Below the pieces are notes generated by a model. The model was given only the letters and a program-made list of their open reading frames with translations. It was not told the DNA's origin and did no database searches. 64,000 bases of DNA from assembly GCA_036172245.1 (NCBI GenBank), contig JAYWIR010000034.1:558001-622000 (forward strand), written 5' to 3'. Both the position numbers and the translations under genes were made by a program. This document shows positions 14,190-26,892 of the stretch, in pieces. Position 1 is the stretch's first letter. Every line of letters starts with the position of its first letter. The stretch comes from Raillietiella orientalis. Its lineage: Eukaryota.

Positions 14190-14840
14190 CCCATGCAACG
14201 CACAAGTCCACTACTGGTCAAGAAGGAGTGTAGCCCTAGACTGTGTCAAGGTGCAAGGAAACGAGAAACCTTTCCGCACCCGTTGTTAAACCGTGTTCCC
14301 CCCTGAGTGTCCGGGAACGCTTTGCTGCGGCCCTCCCACTCCCGATAGACAACTACAGAAAGGTCTAGCGGTGCCTCTTCACGTGCGACTCGATGTTGCA
14401 TGCAGCTTCCATTGCAGCCCTGTTCTGCCTTCGTAAGATCGTGGAGACGAGAAGACGCGCCGAAAGAGGCCACTCGAATGATGAGATCATGCAAAAGTCT
14501 ACTCCTTCATGACGAGGACGGCAAGATAGCCACATCTCTGCCATCAAAAGCAGGGAGTTGCCAACATTCTCCAGAAGATGCTGAGCACGCCAGGATACGA
14601 TCTCTTCCCTTCCCCTTCAAACATTTTAAACTGAACTTTTGTGCTTTTGCTTACCCCTTCCCCCCACTTCTCCTATGCAGACCTCATCCGGGAGCTGCTC
14701 ACGAGAAGCAGCACCTCCGAGGTGCTTTCTTCCGTAGTGGTCATGTGAAGCCACTACGAAGAAGGACATTTTTTATCTTGTATATGGCTGCTTTTTTTTC
14801 TTTTTTTTTCACAATAAACCCTCCGGCTTGATCGGGTGAA
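14190..14840 (+). mobile_element. Old 3' end fragment of an L1/Tx1-like element (zinc finger remnant plus 3'UTR)
   Basis: Frameshifted C..RCKE(R)ETFPHPLLN remnant near 14235-14290, a pyrimidine-rich UTR, and the terminal aataaaccctccggcttgatcgggtg at 14813-14838 matching the end motif of other copies. Confidence 0.6.
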
Positions 14841-14869
14841 AATAAAATGTCCACTCCACCCAAAGATGA

Positions 14870-15438
14870 GGGTACTCCGGGAGGAGACTTATGGAGACTT
14901 ATGGAGGAAGGAGTCCTTTTAACTCTTGGGAGGAACACCCGAGTTGAGTCTTTTCTTCATTCTCTCCCGAAACGGTGTCCTCTCTTCATTTCTTCTCCTA
15001 AGGAAACTCGGAAAGAAACCACCCCTGGAATTTCTACAGAGGAAACCTGCAAGGGAATCGCTCCTTGTTTCCTCCTCTGGAGAGGAACGCTCCCAAATTT
15101 TTGTGAAGGCCACTCCTCAAAGGGAGCAGAGCGCGTCTTGCAGTCTGGAGAGACAGCATTATTAACCGGTTCCATAGAACGCGATGGACGGCTTCGTTTT
15201 TACAACCGAAGAGGAACCCTGAAGGAAACCGGTCCTTGATTCCTGGAAGGACCCCGGGAGGGTCAACTTCCAATCCCAGACAGTCAACGGGAGCATCCGA
15301 TTTCCGGTTTCCGCTATTGCCGTTCCCTAATAGGCCAAACCATTTTACCAAGTCGATCCTTTCCCGGGTGGGATTATGAACCCACAACGCATGGCACTAA
15401 GAACGAAGTCCGTAGCTAAACGGCCACCAACGCAGACC
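14870..15438 (-). mobile_element. Putative tRNA-derived SINE-like repeat, copy A
   Basis: Minus-strand head ggtctgcgttggtggccgtttag...gttgtgggttcataatcccacc carries A-box-like and B-box-like motifs. The body aligns in blocks with 31967-32550 (e.g. plus-strand ccttgattcctggaaggacccc matches the reverse complement of copy B, ccttgattccaggaaggacccc). Confidence 0.5.
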
Positions 15439-18400
15439 AGTACCGTATAACATTGATTTTATATCCTTTTTCATCATCCCAGCCTAAGGATGAGAACAGC
15501 AAGGTATCGTTGACACGATGGCATTCTTTGCTATGAGAATTACTATTTCACAAGAACGCAGTGCTACTAAGTTCTCCAGCACACTTATCGTCCAGCGGAA
15601 GTAGTTTTCCCTGCTACTGATTAGCTCTCTCATACATCGTAGTCAATCAAAAAAATACAATTGGAACACTGGAGGCTCGTGTACATTATAAGAAGAAGAA
15701 AAAATGCATCGCATGAGGAATAACTTACTACCTTATATTTTGCAAAGATGCAGATTTCCATCGGCGCTGCTTCCCATGAGGAGCAATACACTTGGATCTG
15801 GAAAGTTTCTTCATTCGTTCAATGGAAACGTGAGGTTTTGGTCTTTGGAAAGCTCCTCTGACTATCCAGATGATTTTTGTTCCGGCAGAAAGGAACGTGC
15901 TGATTGGGAGCACCTGTTTCGCATGAGAAAACAGCGAGCTCGATGCATTCAAAATGGGTGATCCACCTTCACATACATGAAATGCAACCCTCTATACATC
16001 GTATAGTAGTTGATGAACCAGACCTGAGAACATGACTTAGAGGTCCAAGTAGAGCCAATGTTCCCACTCGTTTTCTCAAGCTTCCCTAAGAAATGTGAAA
16101 ATCCAGAATCCCAGGAGTGCTGAATTTCTGATGTGCGAACTGTTGTTTTCCTTTCTGGGAAGAAGGGAACGGTGACCTCTAATTTTTCATAAGAGTATGG
16201 TTCGAACGCAGCTGATGAGTCTGAAGGACAAGTGCACCCGATGAGTTTCTCATCACTTCACGTCTCACTTCACCTGCTGAATGCGAAAGCATCTCGCGGA
16301 ATGTCATTGCTGACCAACACCTTTGCTCTTCCTTATTCAGTAAGTCTTCTTTGATTCATACGTATTTAAGATCAAGTACTGACTTGTTTATGAAGGCGAC
16401 TCTTCAGAATCAAGGGAACGAATTAAAGCGCTAATGGATATATGAAGCCGTTGAAGTTCTTCAATGATACGAATCTCAGTGCACGTTATAAACGCCTTTC
16501 TAAACACTCCAATGCCGTCTGCTCTAATTCTAAAATAATATAGTGGATAAATGATGGGTCGCAAAACTCCATTTTTGGAACTTGAGTGCACGAGTTTTTG
16601 CTCTTATTTCGCTTATTCAGCACCGTCCTGGAGATCTGCAAAAGAATCTAGAAACGGGGGAGATTCCTTGCAATGTGAAGTTTCCAGGGCATTATCAAAA
16701 ATAACTGAAAAAAGCTTTGAAGCATGAATATGTTAGGCAGATCGACTTCTAGAGCCTATTTTTACATACGTAGATGTTCTTAGATCACTGCAGAATATCA
16801 AGGCTTCATAATGCATGCCGAATTAGATCACAAAAAAGTCGCTCACGAAAATGGTCAGTCCGGAAAGTGCTTTTTGTACAATGGCTCACATGAATCTTCA
16901 CTAAAGTAGACTTCTAGGTGATCTGAAATCTCAAAGCCTCCCAAAATTTCTGTAAATTTGAGGAGACCTGAAAAAAAAAATACAAATACGTTGGATGATG
17001 CAAGCGAATCCATCGTTTAAGCGGGATTCGCCTGATGCTCTTACCATCCGCAAGAACCTCTACTTGATTGCTATCATGGTCCAGTGCTGCTGCGGCGTGA
17101 GTTCAAAATGAAAGGCGAATCAGGACAAATATCAAAATGGCGGCACATCACTGAAATTTCTTCTTCATTTCGAAAGCATCAGGAGATATTGGCGTGTTTA
17201 CCACTGCTATATTGAAACGAATGTGCAGTCTTGTGACGCCGTTTATTAGAAATTCCTCAACTATTGTCATTGGATCAGTGCTTAAACTCAGAAACATCCC
17301 TCTAAATTGGAAGCCTCCCTTTATGAAACCTCTGACCACCTCAACTTAATTAACTGGATGTACTAAGCGCTTTTAGCCTACATCTCTTTTTTCTTATTGC
17401 TATCATTTAATGACCTTTCATTTTGGTGAGGTGGGAAGATCCTGAAGATAATCACCACAGCGACCGTGCACCATTGTATCTTACGAAATTGTTTTCCTCA
17501 TACTTTGCATCCAGTCATCGTAAGCGAGGTGTTACAGACATTTGTTTGCAGGAAAGTATTACTTCCAAAATGGCTCCAAGAAGGTTATCATAAAGTGGAA
17601 TTTTCAAGACAGGGATCCACAACTACTTCGGGACATGGGTCTTGCGCTTAAGAACCAAGGATTTGAGGCCAGTTTTTTTAAAGGGGAAAAAACATTCCGT
17701 TTTCTTTTCGATTTTATTTTGCAGGGTTCAGGCGTCAAGAGCGGAGAGATACACTTCAGTGTCTCAGTAAGCTCCAGTAAATATTGTGCATCAAATGATT
17801 CAATTTATATTCGTTTACTTGAGACCTACGATGCTCACAATAAACATGCAGTACTGAGCTTAATTTGCTTCTTTGCCAAAAAGGAACGCATAAACAAAAA
17901 TAAAAATACAATGTTTCACTCTACACGTAGACGCAGCTTCGCGGATGTTTACTAAGCACACATGTAAGTTCCGTGCATAGGGATTTGTACGCTTCTCTTT
18001 TCGGAAGAAAACTCAACTACGAATTCCATTACTTAATGATCTGGAACTGGATAATATAACCAACTTTACATCTACCGGACGCACAAGATATGTGTGTATT
18101 GTATGTACAACTGGCTCCTTGAAGACTTTGAAGTTCTCACCACTTCCATGACAACGATCACTTCGGGAAATATCCGAGAATTCTCAAAAGCGATTGACAT
18201 AATTATTCTAATGTTTTTACTGATGCTTCTCGGATGTCAAACAAAAACTCTTAAGCATACGTATTCAATGCGAATGGATTTCTCCATATGCACATATTAC
18301 CAGCTGCGTAAAGAGCCGTCATGGAGCTGGTAATTTCGGCCACCGGTCATCGAAGACAAAGCCATTTTCCGAATGCTGAGAGAATTTTCAAGCTGTGAAA

Positions 18401-21400
18401 GTAAACCTGCCGATGATGTGCGCCATTCGCAGCCACCTCCTCTCATTCTGTTTACGAAAAGATATGAATCCCAGTCATGAAAACCTTCGGCATTACGAAT
18501 CTCAAATACAGATTCGCGCTTGTTCCACGAGCCAATACGATGCTCGTCAGTAACATAAGAATTCAAAAGATTTCCAAAGTGATGTTGGCGTTAACCCTAC
18601 TTTAAGTTTAAAAGCAATGTCTATAAGGAGTAAATTCGAGCGAGTATCAAGGATAACTCCTGGAAGTTCTGCTTGAAGACTTGGATATCTCGGGAGCGAT
18701 GTTTCAACAAGCAGATGCTTCGTTTACGTCTTGAACTTATGTGGTGGTAAATTGTACTGAATTCGTGGATGTGGGAGCGGCTTGAAAAAACTCGATGCTG
18801 CTGGGAATGCGGTGATTTATTGCCATTCATAGTAGGAGAAAAGTAGTATCCATTCACAAAAGAGATAGGAAAACTGGACACACAGCTAAAACTCAAAAAA
18901 TCTCAACAGATGGGCAAAGTCATCTCGAAGGGCTCGAAAATGACATATCTTCTCCGTAGATCTGATTTCAAAGGGATGTGAGAAACTTCCCATAGAAATG
19001 TATCACGTGCAATCGCTTTTTCGAATTTGGACGGAACACCTCTCAGGTGTTTTCCATGCTCTAATAAAATCTCCTGATTTCTGTTTCCATCCGGAATCGC
19101 GTCCGAATGCTAAGTGCATCTGGTGTCAGTGAATGATTCCTTTCAAATCATCGGATAAGTCGATCTCTTGCTTAAGAGAGTAGTTTCGTAAGATCCAAAT
19201 GTGGAAGAGAAGCTAGTCAGTGGGAAAGCAGATCTGATGCTAAGCTTCCTTTTGATCTCTCGTGTTAAATTTCGCATCATTCAGATGGGAAAACGTGACC
19301 TTGACTTCCAAGAACAGCCTGAAAGTGTTTTCTCGAACTCTTAGCATTGTCCGCTTGTCCGTTATTAGGAGCATAGCAAGTGTGCACCTGATCTTGCGGA
19401 AGCAAACGAAATTATATGAGAGAGGCCGTGAACGGAACCCCTGATCTTCAAATTGGGAAGCCCTTCCGACTTTCCTACTTCTAGAAGAAAGAGGAAATCT
19501 TCTTAATCTGGGAAGCTGGCTACCAAGTCACTAGAAACTTTTCAAACTGCCTCGAGGACAAGGGAGGATCTGAGCTCTGGAAATCGGTTAAAGAGATGTG
19601 GATATGAAACCATGCCGTCCACTCCGACAGCAACGAATGACGAAAATTTTCTTAACTCTTTCACTGAAGCGTCTAAAACTGTCATTTGCAGTGTGCACAC
19701 ACTTAAGCGCAAAAAGTTTTTGGTTTCAGTTTCAGATGATAAGGAAGTGCTAGAAAATGACTTGTCCCAGGCCACTTTTCATCCAAGATTGTCATCATCA
19801 TAGACATCTATCTTATGCGGCAACTCAGACGCCACACAGTACTGGAATTCATCCTTCTCGCGGGAGTGCACAGTGGTACTAGTTGCCAAAGAATAGAAAG
19901 ACAACTTCTGAGATTGCTGAGATGGAAACTGATTAAGTAGTTCCGAAGCTGCTGTTGATGATAATACAAAGAAGCATTCCATCGAGTTGCTTAGGTTGCA
20001 TTCAGTACAAAATGCAGGCCTAGCACAAGTACATTGCAGATTCAATCAAGAAGGGATTCACAGGAAGATGTGAAGTTTTCGCCAAGCAGCTTCGAACTAC
20101 GAATCTTTTCAATGAGCCCAACTCTTCCAGAAGTCGCAAACATCTTTGGTGGAAGTAAAGTAAGATGAAATTATGCCGAACGAAGTAACCCGGAGCAATT
20201 CTTGAAGAAAAAAAGCTGCTTGCTGAGGTTCACTCTTTAAGAGTTCGGTTTGGAGACATCTGCAAGAAAAACTTGTTCCTGAGGAACTCTGAGCTTTTCG
20301 TCAGGGAAGTTTCCAGGAGAATAATTTTCAGAGAGGGAAATGAAAGTTTCCTTCATTAATTCGAAGACGATCAGAATGAGTCTTCAGCCTGGAGAATAAA
20401 AAAAAAAAAAACATCGCAGCTGCTGTAGTGAATCTTGACTAGTTTGGTGAGATGGAAGACTTCATCATTCATACCCTCACGATAACGAAAAGAGCCCAAT
20501 AGTCGAATGCTTTTGGGAGAGTTCTGATGTCATTTTTAATTTTAGTGCATAATGAAGATAAGATGGAAAGAAATCGATTGAAAGGAGAGTACAGTACCGA
20601 AACACTGGATGCAGCGCGAAAAAATGTACATTTTTTCTGAAGAATCAGCTTCTCTTGAATTATTTACAAAGCCGGCCGCTCTGTGATCTCCCTGAAAATA
20701 ATTTGTAAGCAATGGAATCTTGGAAACCGTGAGAAAACAGAGAAAGAAAATTGCTATTTCTCTTTCGAATTTTTTTTGAATGAGAAAATCAAAGAACAAG
20801 AGCAGGAACATGCGGAAAGTAATTGCTACTTTTTGGAGATTTGAATATCACAAACAATTTTATAAATTCACCCAAAGTTGAAGTACTGGAAATAGAAAGA
20901 AAAGGATGACTTTTCACGATATCCGAACTAACTTGCAGAGTTTGCCTCCAATAGGTCACAAGCATACGTAAGGAATGTCACCAGAAAAAAATGCCTCATT
21001 GAGAAAAAAACAGTCTGAGTCATGTGACCCTCACGCGTGAGGCGGCAACTTGAATCTTCCTGTGGATTCACCTTGTTACCCATCTGGACACAACAAGAAT
21101 GAAAGGATGGGGACTTAGGAGAGAAAATTCCATCACGAAGTAGGCAGTAGGAAAAGGTAAGAATTTGCCATCCTGACAGTATCGTAGCTCCTGAGGTTTT
21201 ATCCGAGGTCACGTTTCATCATGAAGAAACTTGGAGAAATGCTGCAGACATTTGCCATTTTAGAATGAAAACGGAACATGAGTCGCGTGTTTGGGATCAG
21301 AGTTTGTTGCCTACTCTAAAGGGGAGAATGAGTTTCTCAAGATGACGAGATAAGGTCTAAAAGGAGCTCCCATGCTGCATCAGGTCATCCTTTGTATTCA

Positions 21401-21579
21401 AACTGAAGAGTGTGTCGTACCAGAAGCATTTCACCTCGCGCGCGACTGAGATTCCAAAGAACGAGTTCTTTTAGGATCCTGGAATGTTCCACATTATTAG
21501 AGGATAGGTTGGATGGAAACAGGTTTGTTAATCACCGCAGGAAGTCTAAAGTTCAACATGGCTAATATTAGTACATTTA

Positions 21580-24500
21580 ATGACTGGTCGTGAGCAATCT
21601 TGGAGAAATCTGGGCATTACGAAAGCAAAGATTGGCAGCATCAGTAACGTACCTAACTCCATCAGAAAGACTCGAAATTTTCCGAGAACTGAGATCACAT
21701 ATTTCTCTTCGTTGTTCTCTGAATCGCGTCAGACGCCTTTCAGATTGATTAGCAAACTCGATCTCCCTTTCAATGGGCCAAGCAGCCGCGGAATCCATGG
21801 CAACGCGTGGAAGGGAAAACCGGATAAAGAGTGCTGTCAAGGTTGAAGGGAGGTGAGTGTTTCGAAAGCAAAAAAATAGAAGAGGGAGAAAAAGAATCCC
21901 ATAGGACGGTTTGCGTCTGTAGGAGCACGCACGCTGTCGGCAAGACCCACGGAAATGATTTTCTGATTCTTGTTCTATGAAAAATTGGACCCAGCGGAGA
22001 GAGGAACCTTCTAAGAACGAAAAGCAGCGAGTAACCAAATTCACTTTCCTGTTCACTCTAATTTAAAAAAGCAAATGGTGGAAAGTGGAAACCATGGAGG
22101 GGTAGCAAGTTCAGGCAATTCAGACTTCTAATGTGCAAGTTTGCTAACTTGCACATTAGAAGAGATGAGAATTTGTGATACAAGGAGGAGCCCAAAATCA
22201 TTGAGACTAAGGACACCAAATGAAAGAGAGAAATGGTGTGAGACTTAGGTGCTGTTCGTCCCGTCCATCATTGAAACCTGAATACAGCGACTAGCCAACC
22301 TCTGCATCAAAAGTGTCATGGGCCATTCATGGAATTAGATGACTTCACAAAGTCATCATAAATCCTCATCCTTCGAGCAAAGTGAGAAATACGGAACGAT
22401 GAGATGAAATCAGAAACGCACGAAAAGGATTTCGCTAGAGTCACTAGGATTTTGTTCCTCTGATAACGTTAAGTGGCGAAGGAATTCCAGAAAGCCATAA
22501 GAATCATCATCATTCAAGATGCAAGCTGGAAAGTTATCAATTGGAACTCTATCGCAAAGGAAAATCAATATGATGTGTGCTCTCCTTGGATGCATCCGCT
22601 TTCGCAGTCCTTACTGTCACGTGTCCATCGAGATCCACGAATTAGGAATAGAAAAAAACGGAATCGCCTACATACCTGCGATCCCGTTTTTAGAACTCCT
22701 TCCACTCATTGGTCGCACTCTGGCCATTGCACGTACTCTGGAGAGAAAACATTTCCTTTGAGCTGAAAGAGCTTTTTCAGTTCCCTGGACCTTTGCAAAG
22801 GATGAAAGACAGTTGCTGCACAGTGCTGCCACAGTGAAGAGTAGAAGAGTCTGGATTCTTTTCTTGCTATTCCGCCCTTTTCAGCTTTTTTCGAACCACT
22901 CCTGGAAACCGAAGAATAGAGAATAACGTGGAAAATTCGATAGAAGGAAAAAATATACATTTATTTTTTTTATTGGCAATCATCCTGCAGTCATTTATTA
23001 CTGAAAGTCGCTTTCTGTCTTCCCCGCGGAAGCGGACCAACAGACAAACTTTCTGAAGTCATCCGACACAAATCGCCAGCAAGTGGGTTTAAGATGCACG
23101 CAGACTCAGCCTGAGAAAAGATCTGCGATCGTGGCCATCGTTGGCACGGAAACTGCCGAATGAAAAAGCTGAGTTGCGGTAGCGATCTGAGGGCTTTCCT
23201 GACACACGCACCACCATACTACAGGGTCGGAGGCAGCTCGGCGTCTGAATATCTGACGGGTTTTTGGCAAACAGAGAGCTTCCATTCTTTACAAGGAGTC
23301 CATCGAGCAACCAGTTCTTTACCAGCCTCCACCTGCAGGAATCATTCAGCCGCGAGTGTCTCACGCCCGGATGGTTGCCTTCTGTGTAGGTATTTCCTCC
23401 TTCGACTCCTTCCTTCTAAAGGAGTTGAAGGCGATGGCGCTCCGAGGTTGCATTTGGGTAGGGGAGAACCGAAGAATGCGCGCGCGCTCCACCTATGTTC
23501 CGTGTCATTCGACCATTCGATCCTTCAATCTTCAAGCGAGGCCACCGAAATCTTGGGAAGAGCTCCCATTTCCGGGCCGCACAACAACTCACCGGGAAAC
23601 CACAGTTCTGGTGGACGGCAGAAGGCAGACGAACTCCCTGCTAGGATGACGTCTGTGGTCAGCTGATTAAAAATTCATTGGACCCCACACGATCTGAATT
23701 AGGGAGGCCTCTGTTGGGGAGTATAACGGAGTAACCCCTCCTCGCACGCTTCCAGTTTTCCATACTTGCAAGATAAGACAGCCCTCTTTTCTATTAATTA
23801 GCTGCATTCCTTCATCGCGTGCAGGAAGGGAACACACGTTCACCTGACAAGCACATCTAGCCGAGCTGCCGCCGTCGCCTCTTCTTGGACGAAGAAACGC
23901 CAGGAACGGAGATCCGGAGATAAGAAAGGATCTTCGCCACTATGGTAGCTCATCCCTCTTCGGAATGGATTCACGCGACTGGCAAGACGGATGGTGGATT
24001 TCTTTTCCTCCGGTCACATTTGCAAGTAGATCGCTTCAGAATCCGTCAGTCTTTACGGCTGGATCTTCTCTACGCCTCTCCGATGACCACCAGCCAAAAA
24101 GTTCACTTTCCTTGGCTTACGGAGAATCCCTCGAGCTGCAAATCCCTTCGTGAGAAGTGGCGGATGGAGGGATAAATTTCACGAACTCAGATGCTCCCGT
24201 GGTATCCCGCTTATCGGCAGGAAAAAAACCTCGCTCTCATGGAATGGCGTCGAAAGGTGGTCTTCGCGAAGCGTAGAAGCGAATCACTGGCAACCTCCAA
24301 GAAAGGCGTACCATAGCTGGATGTCCCTCTGTGCCATGCTGGAACGTAAGCGAAAACGAAGTGATCTCAGCAGCTCTCGGATTTCTGGGAAACGGCTGCT
24401 CTGCTTTTGAAAATGGTAGGAAACCATGTTTTGTGTCCACTGAAGAATTCTGAGGCTCTGTTGGCTTCCAACTGTCACCCAGAGAATGCGCTTTTTTTTT

Positions 24501-26640
24501 TTTCTTCAAAAAAAAGCGAAACCACGTGTGCATTTGCGTTTTCAACAAGGGAAAGAGGAGCGCATTCACTGAGGACTCACCTCCGAATTCAGTTTCTGAA
24601 GTTCACTCGAAAAATTCATCATCAGAGCTATTTTCGATCGTTTGGAGTGAACATAGAAATCGAGCATGGTGGGTGCTCCGAAGAAACAGTGCGCACGTCG
24701 TGAAACTTGTCTTTGGAACCTTCTCTCCCGAGACAATTCTCCCATGACAGTTCTCTTCCAAGAGGTCGCCTAGAGGTACCTGAGAGCCGCCTAGGGCGCA
24801 CTTCAGAAGTTCAAGCTCTGCGTACAGCAAAAAGGCAGCAATAGAAAATACCGCTTAATGCGACCTTTTTTTGAAGACCTCGAGCAAGTTCCTTTCACTC
24901 TTCTAGCGAGTTTTACCGATTCTTCAGAATGCATTCTAGGTAGAGCATTCGGTGGCTACTCGGATATCCTCTTCGAGTAGGCCCGAATTAATTTGATTTT
25001 CGCTGCCAAAGTTAATGGAGGTCCGTGAGTCTATTCCCAGGCATTGAGGAACGCAACATTTCCAGTGTTGCTTATCTCTTGGCAACTTGTCTTGTCCTCC
25101 CACAGATAGAAGAGATTCCTAAATCTCCTGCTGCATTCAAGCTATGGATGCTCTGTGCTACCATCCACACACAGCGAAACCTTCTTTGGAAACCATCTCC
25201 AGCTTGGAGTAAGCAGCCGATGCGTCCCATCCCGATGCGGTAGCAACATGCTGCTGAAGAATCCACTCTGTTTTGGGACAGGGTTATCAGGAACTTGCAT
25301 GAAACTCCTGAAAAGTGAAGAATCGGAAACGAGCGCAAAGGGAATGAAAACGCTTGGCATGCAAGCGAAAGATGGCCTCGGCTTTCTTTAAGATGCACAG
25401 ATCGTTTATTGGGAACGCCAAATCGCAATTGCAGTCTCAGACGTTCTCACTGTCCTTGTTGGTGCGTCCAGGTTCTGTTTCGTGCGCAAATGGAAAGAGA
25501 ACTTGAAAATGACGACAGCTATCTCCTAGCAACAGCCACCTTGAGCAGTGCTCTTTCTTGCTTCTGAAAAGTTGCCACTGTTTCCAAAATCCAGTCGTTT
25601 CTTCTTTTCTCCCTTATCTGTTTCCTATAGTTATAGGACTACTTCAGGCTGGTGGTGGATGCATTTCTGATTTACTCTCTGAGAATACTGAATGAGGAGT
25701 CGATGCCTTTTTATTACTACGCCTACTAGTTTGGTTCCTGTTCCTCCTATTCCCTCTTTCCTGGTTCCTTTCCCTCTCTGAAAAAAACGGCTCTTCGATT
25801 TCGTCGTTGCATATATTCCCAAGGAACCATTTGCTGCTGATCTTTCCCTCATCATCAGTATCTCCGTCCCTACCTCACAACCCGATTATTTTTGTCCCTT
25901 TCGCACATTGGAATGGATGAGACGAAAAGGCAACGGAGATCATCCGGAAGTTTTCAATAAAGAGGGTTGCTTCCGCGAACTTCGTAAACCCCTTAGCGCG
26001 ATTCCCTTATTAAGAGGTCTGACCTCTATCGGGACGCCACGTTCCCCTTCGGCATTCTGTATAGCTTGTGCCTCTGTATGCTCTCCTTCAAAACCTTCTC
26101 GTATCAAACTGCGAGACGAAGTGCTTGACAGAAATCAACAGATTACTGCGGTGCGTCTCCAACTCCTCATTTCTCCCTTTTGTTCTTTGCCCAACGGGAT
26201 GCTTCTCCATTCTACCTGTTCTTTTACTTCCTCCTTCTCTATTTGATTTGCCCTGCTTAGATGATTCCCAGTACTCAGTGATGGATGGACAACCACGCAA
26301 TGGGTGAGAAAAATGAAGGTTTTATCGATTTTCTCTCCGTTCTGCCGAAGCTGAGCAGATTAAGACACGCATCCTTGATGAAGCAATCAAAGGAAATGCA
26401 GGAGGCTGCAAAAGGAAAAAGGACCTTTGAGAGCAGTTAAATCGCGATTGCAGCAATGAAGATGAGCCCAAGTTTGCTCTACAGATGTAAACCAGATCGA
26501 GACTTCCTTTCTTACAGAAACAACCTCATCTCTAAGCTCTGGGAGCGCGTGGATCTCACGTAGTGCCGGCATCTCCTGGTGTGAGTTAAAAAGGTGATGC
26601 AGGAACAGTGTGAATTGGTAGCCTACGTTCATTCAAATCC
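21580..26640 (+). pseudogene. Possible highly decayed leucine-rich-repeat-like host gene remnant
   Basis: Scattered fragments such as LISKLDLPFNGPSSRGI, LLKELKAMALRGC, SSCKSLRE and RSDLSSSRISGK on one strand, separated by pyrimidine-rich intron-like tracts. No continuous frame. Confidence 0.2.
22125..22162. repeat. Perfect 17-bp hairpin with 4-nt loop
   Basis: cttctaatgtgcaagtt-tgct-aacttgcacattagaag. Confidence 0.9.
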
Positions 26641-26892
26641 GGTTTCGTCGGGTCTGACTTAACCTTAAAGCGATAGTCTTCAGGTTTCTGCTGCACATAG
26701 CAGCTCAGAAGGAAGCTTCAATCTCTTATGTCTTTCTATTCTCCAAAAGATTCAAAGATTCAACAGCGTTTCAAGAGACACGACAAGAGAACAAAGGAGA
26801 ATTGACTCTGCTTTTCCCCTCGAAAGGTGCACCACCATACCTGTTGTATTTGCTGAATTGCGGTCCTTTTCAGGAACTGCAACAAACCGCTC

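Noticed and set aside
16212..16235. Hammerhead-like CTGATGA followed by a short stem
   Set aside because: The required GAAA after stem II is absent (gac-aagt) and no stems I/III were found.
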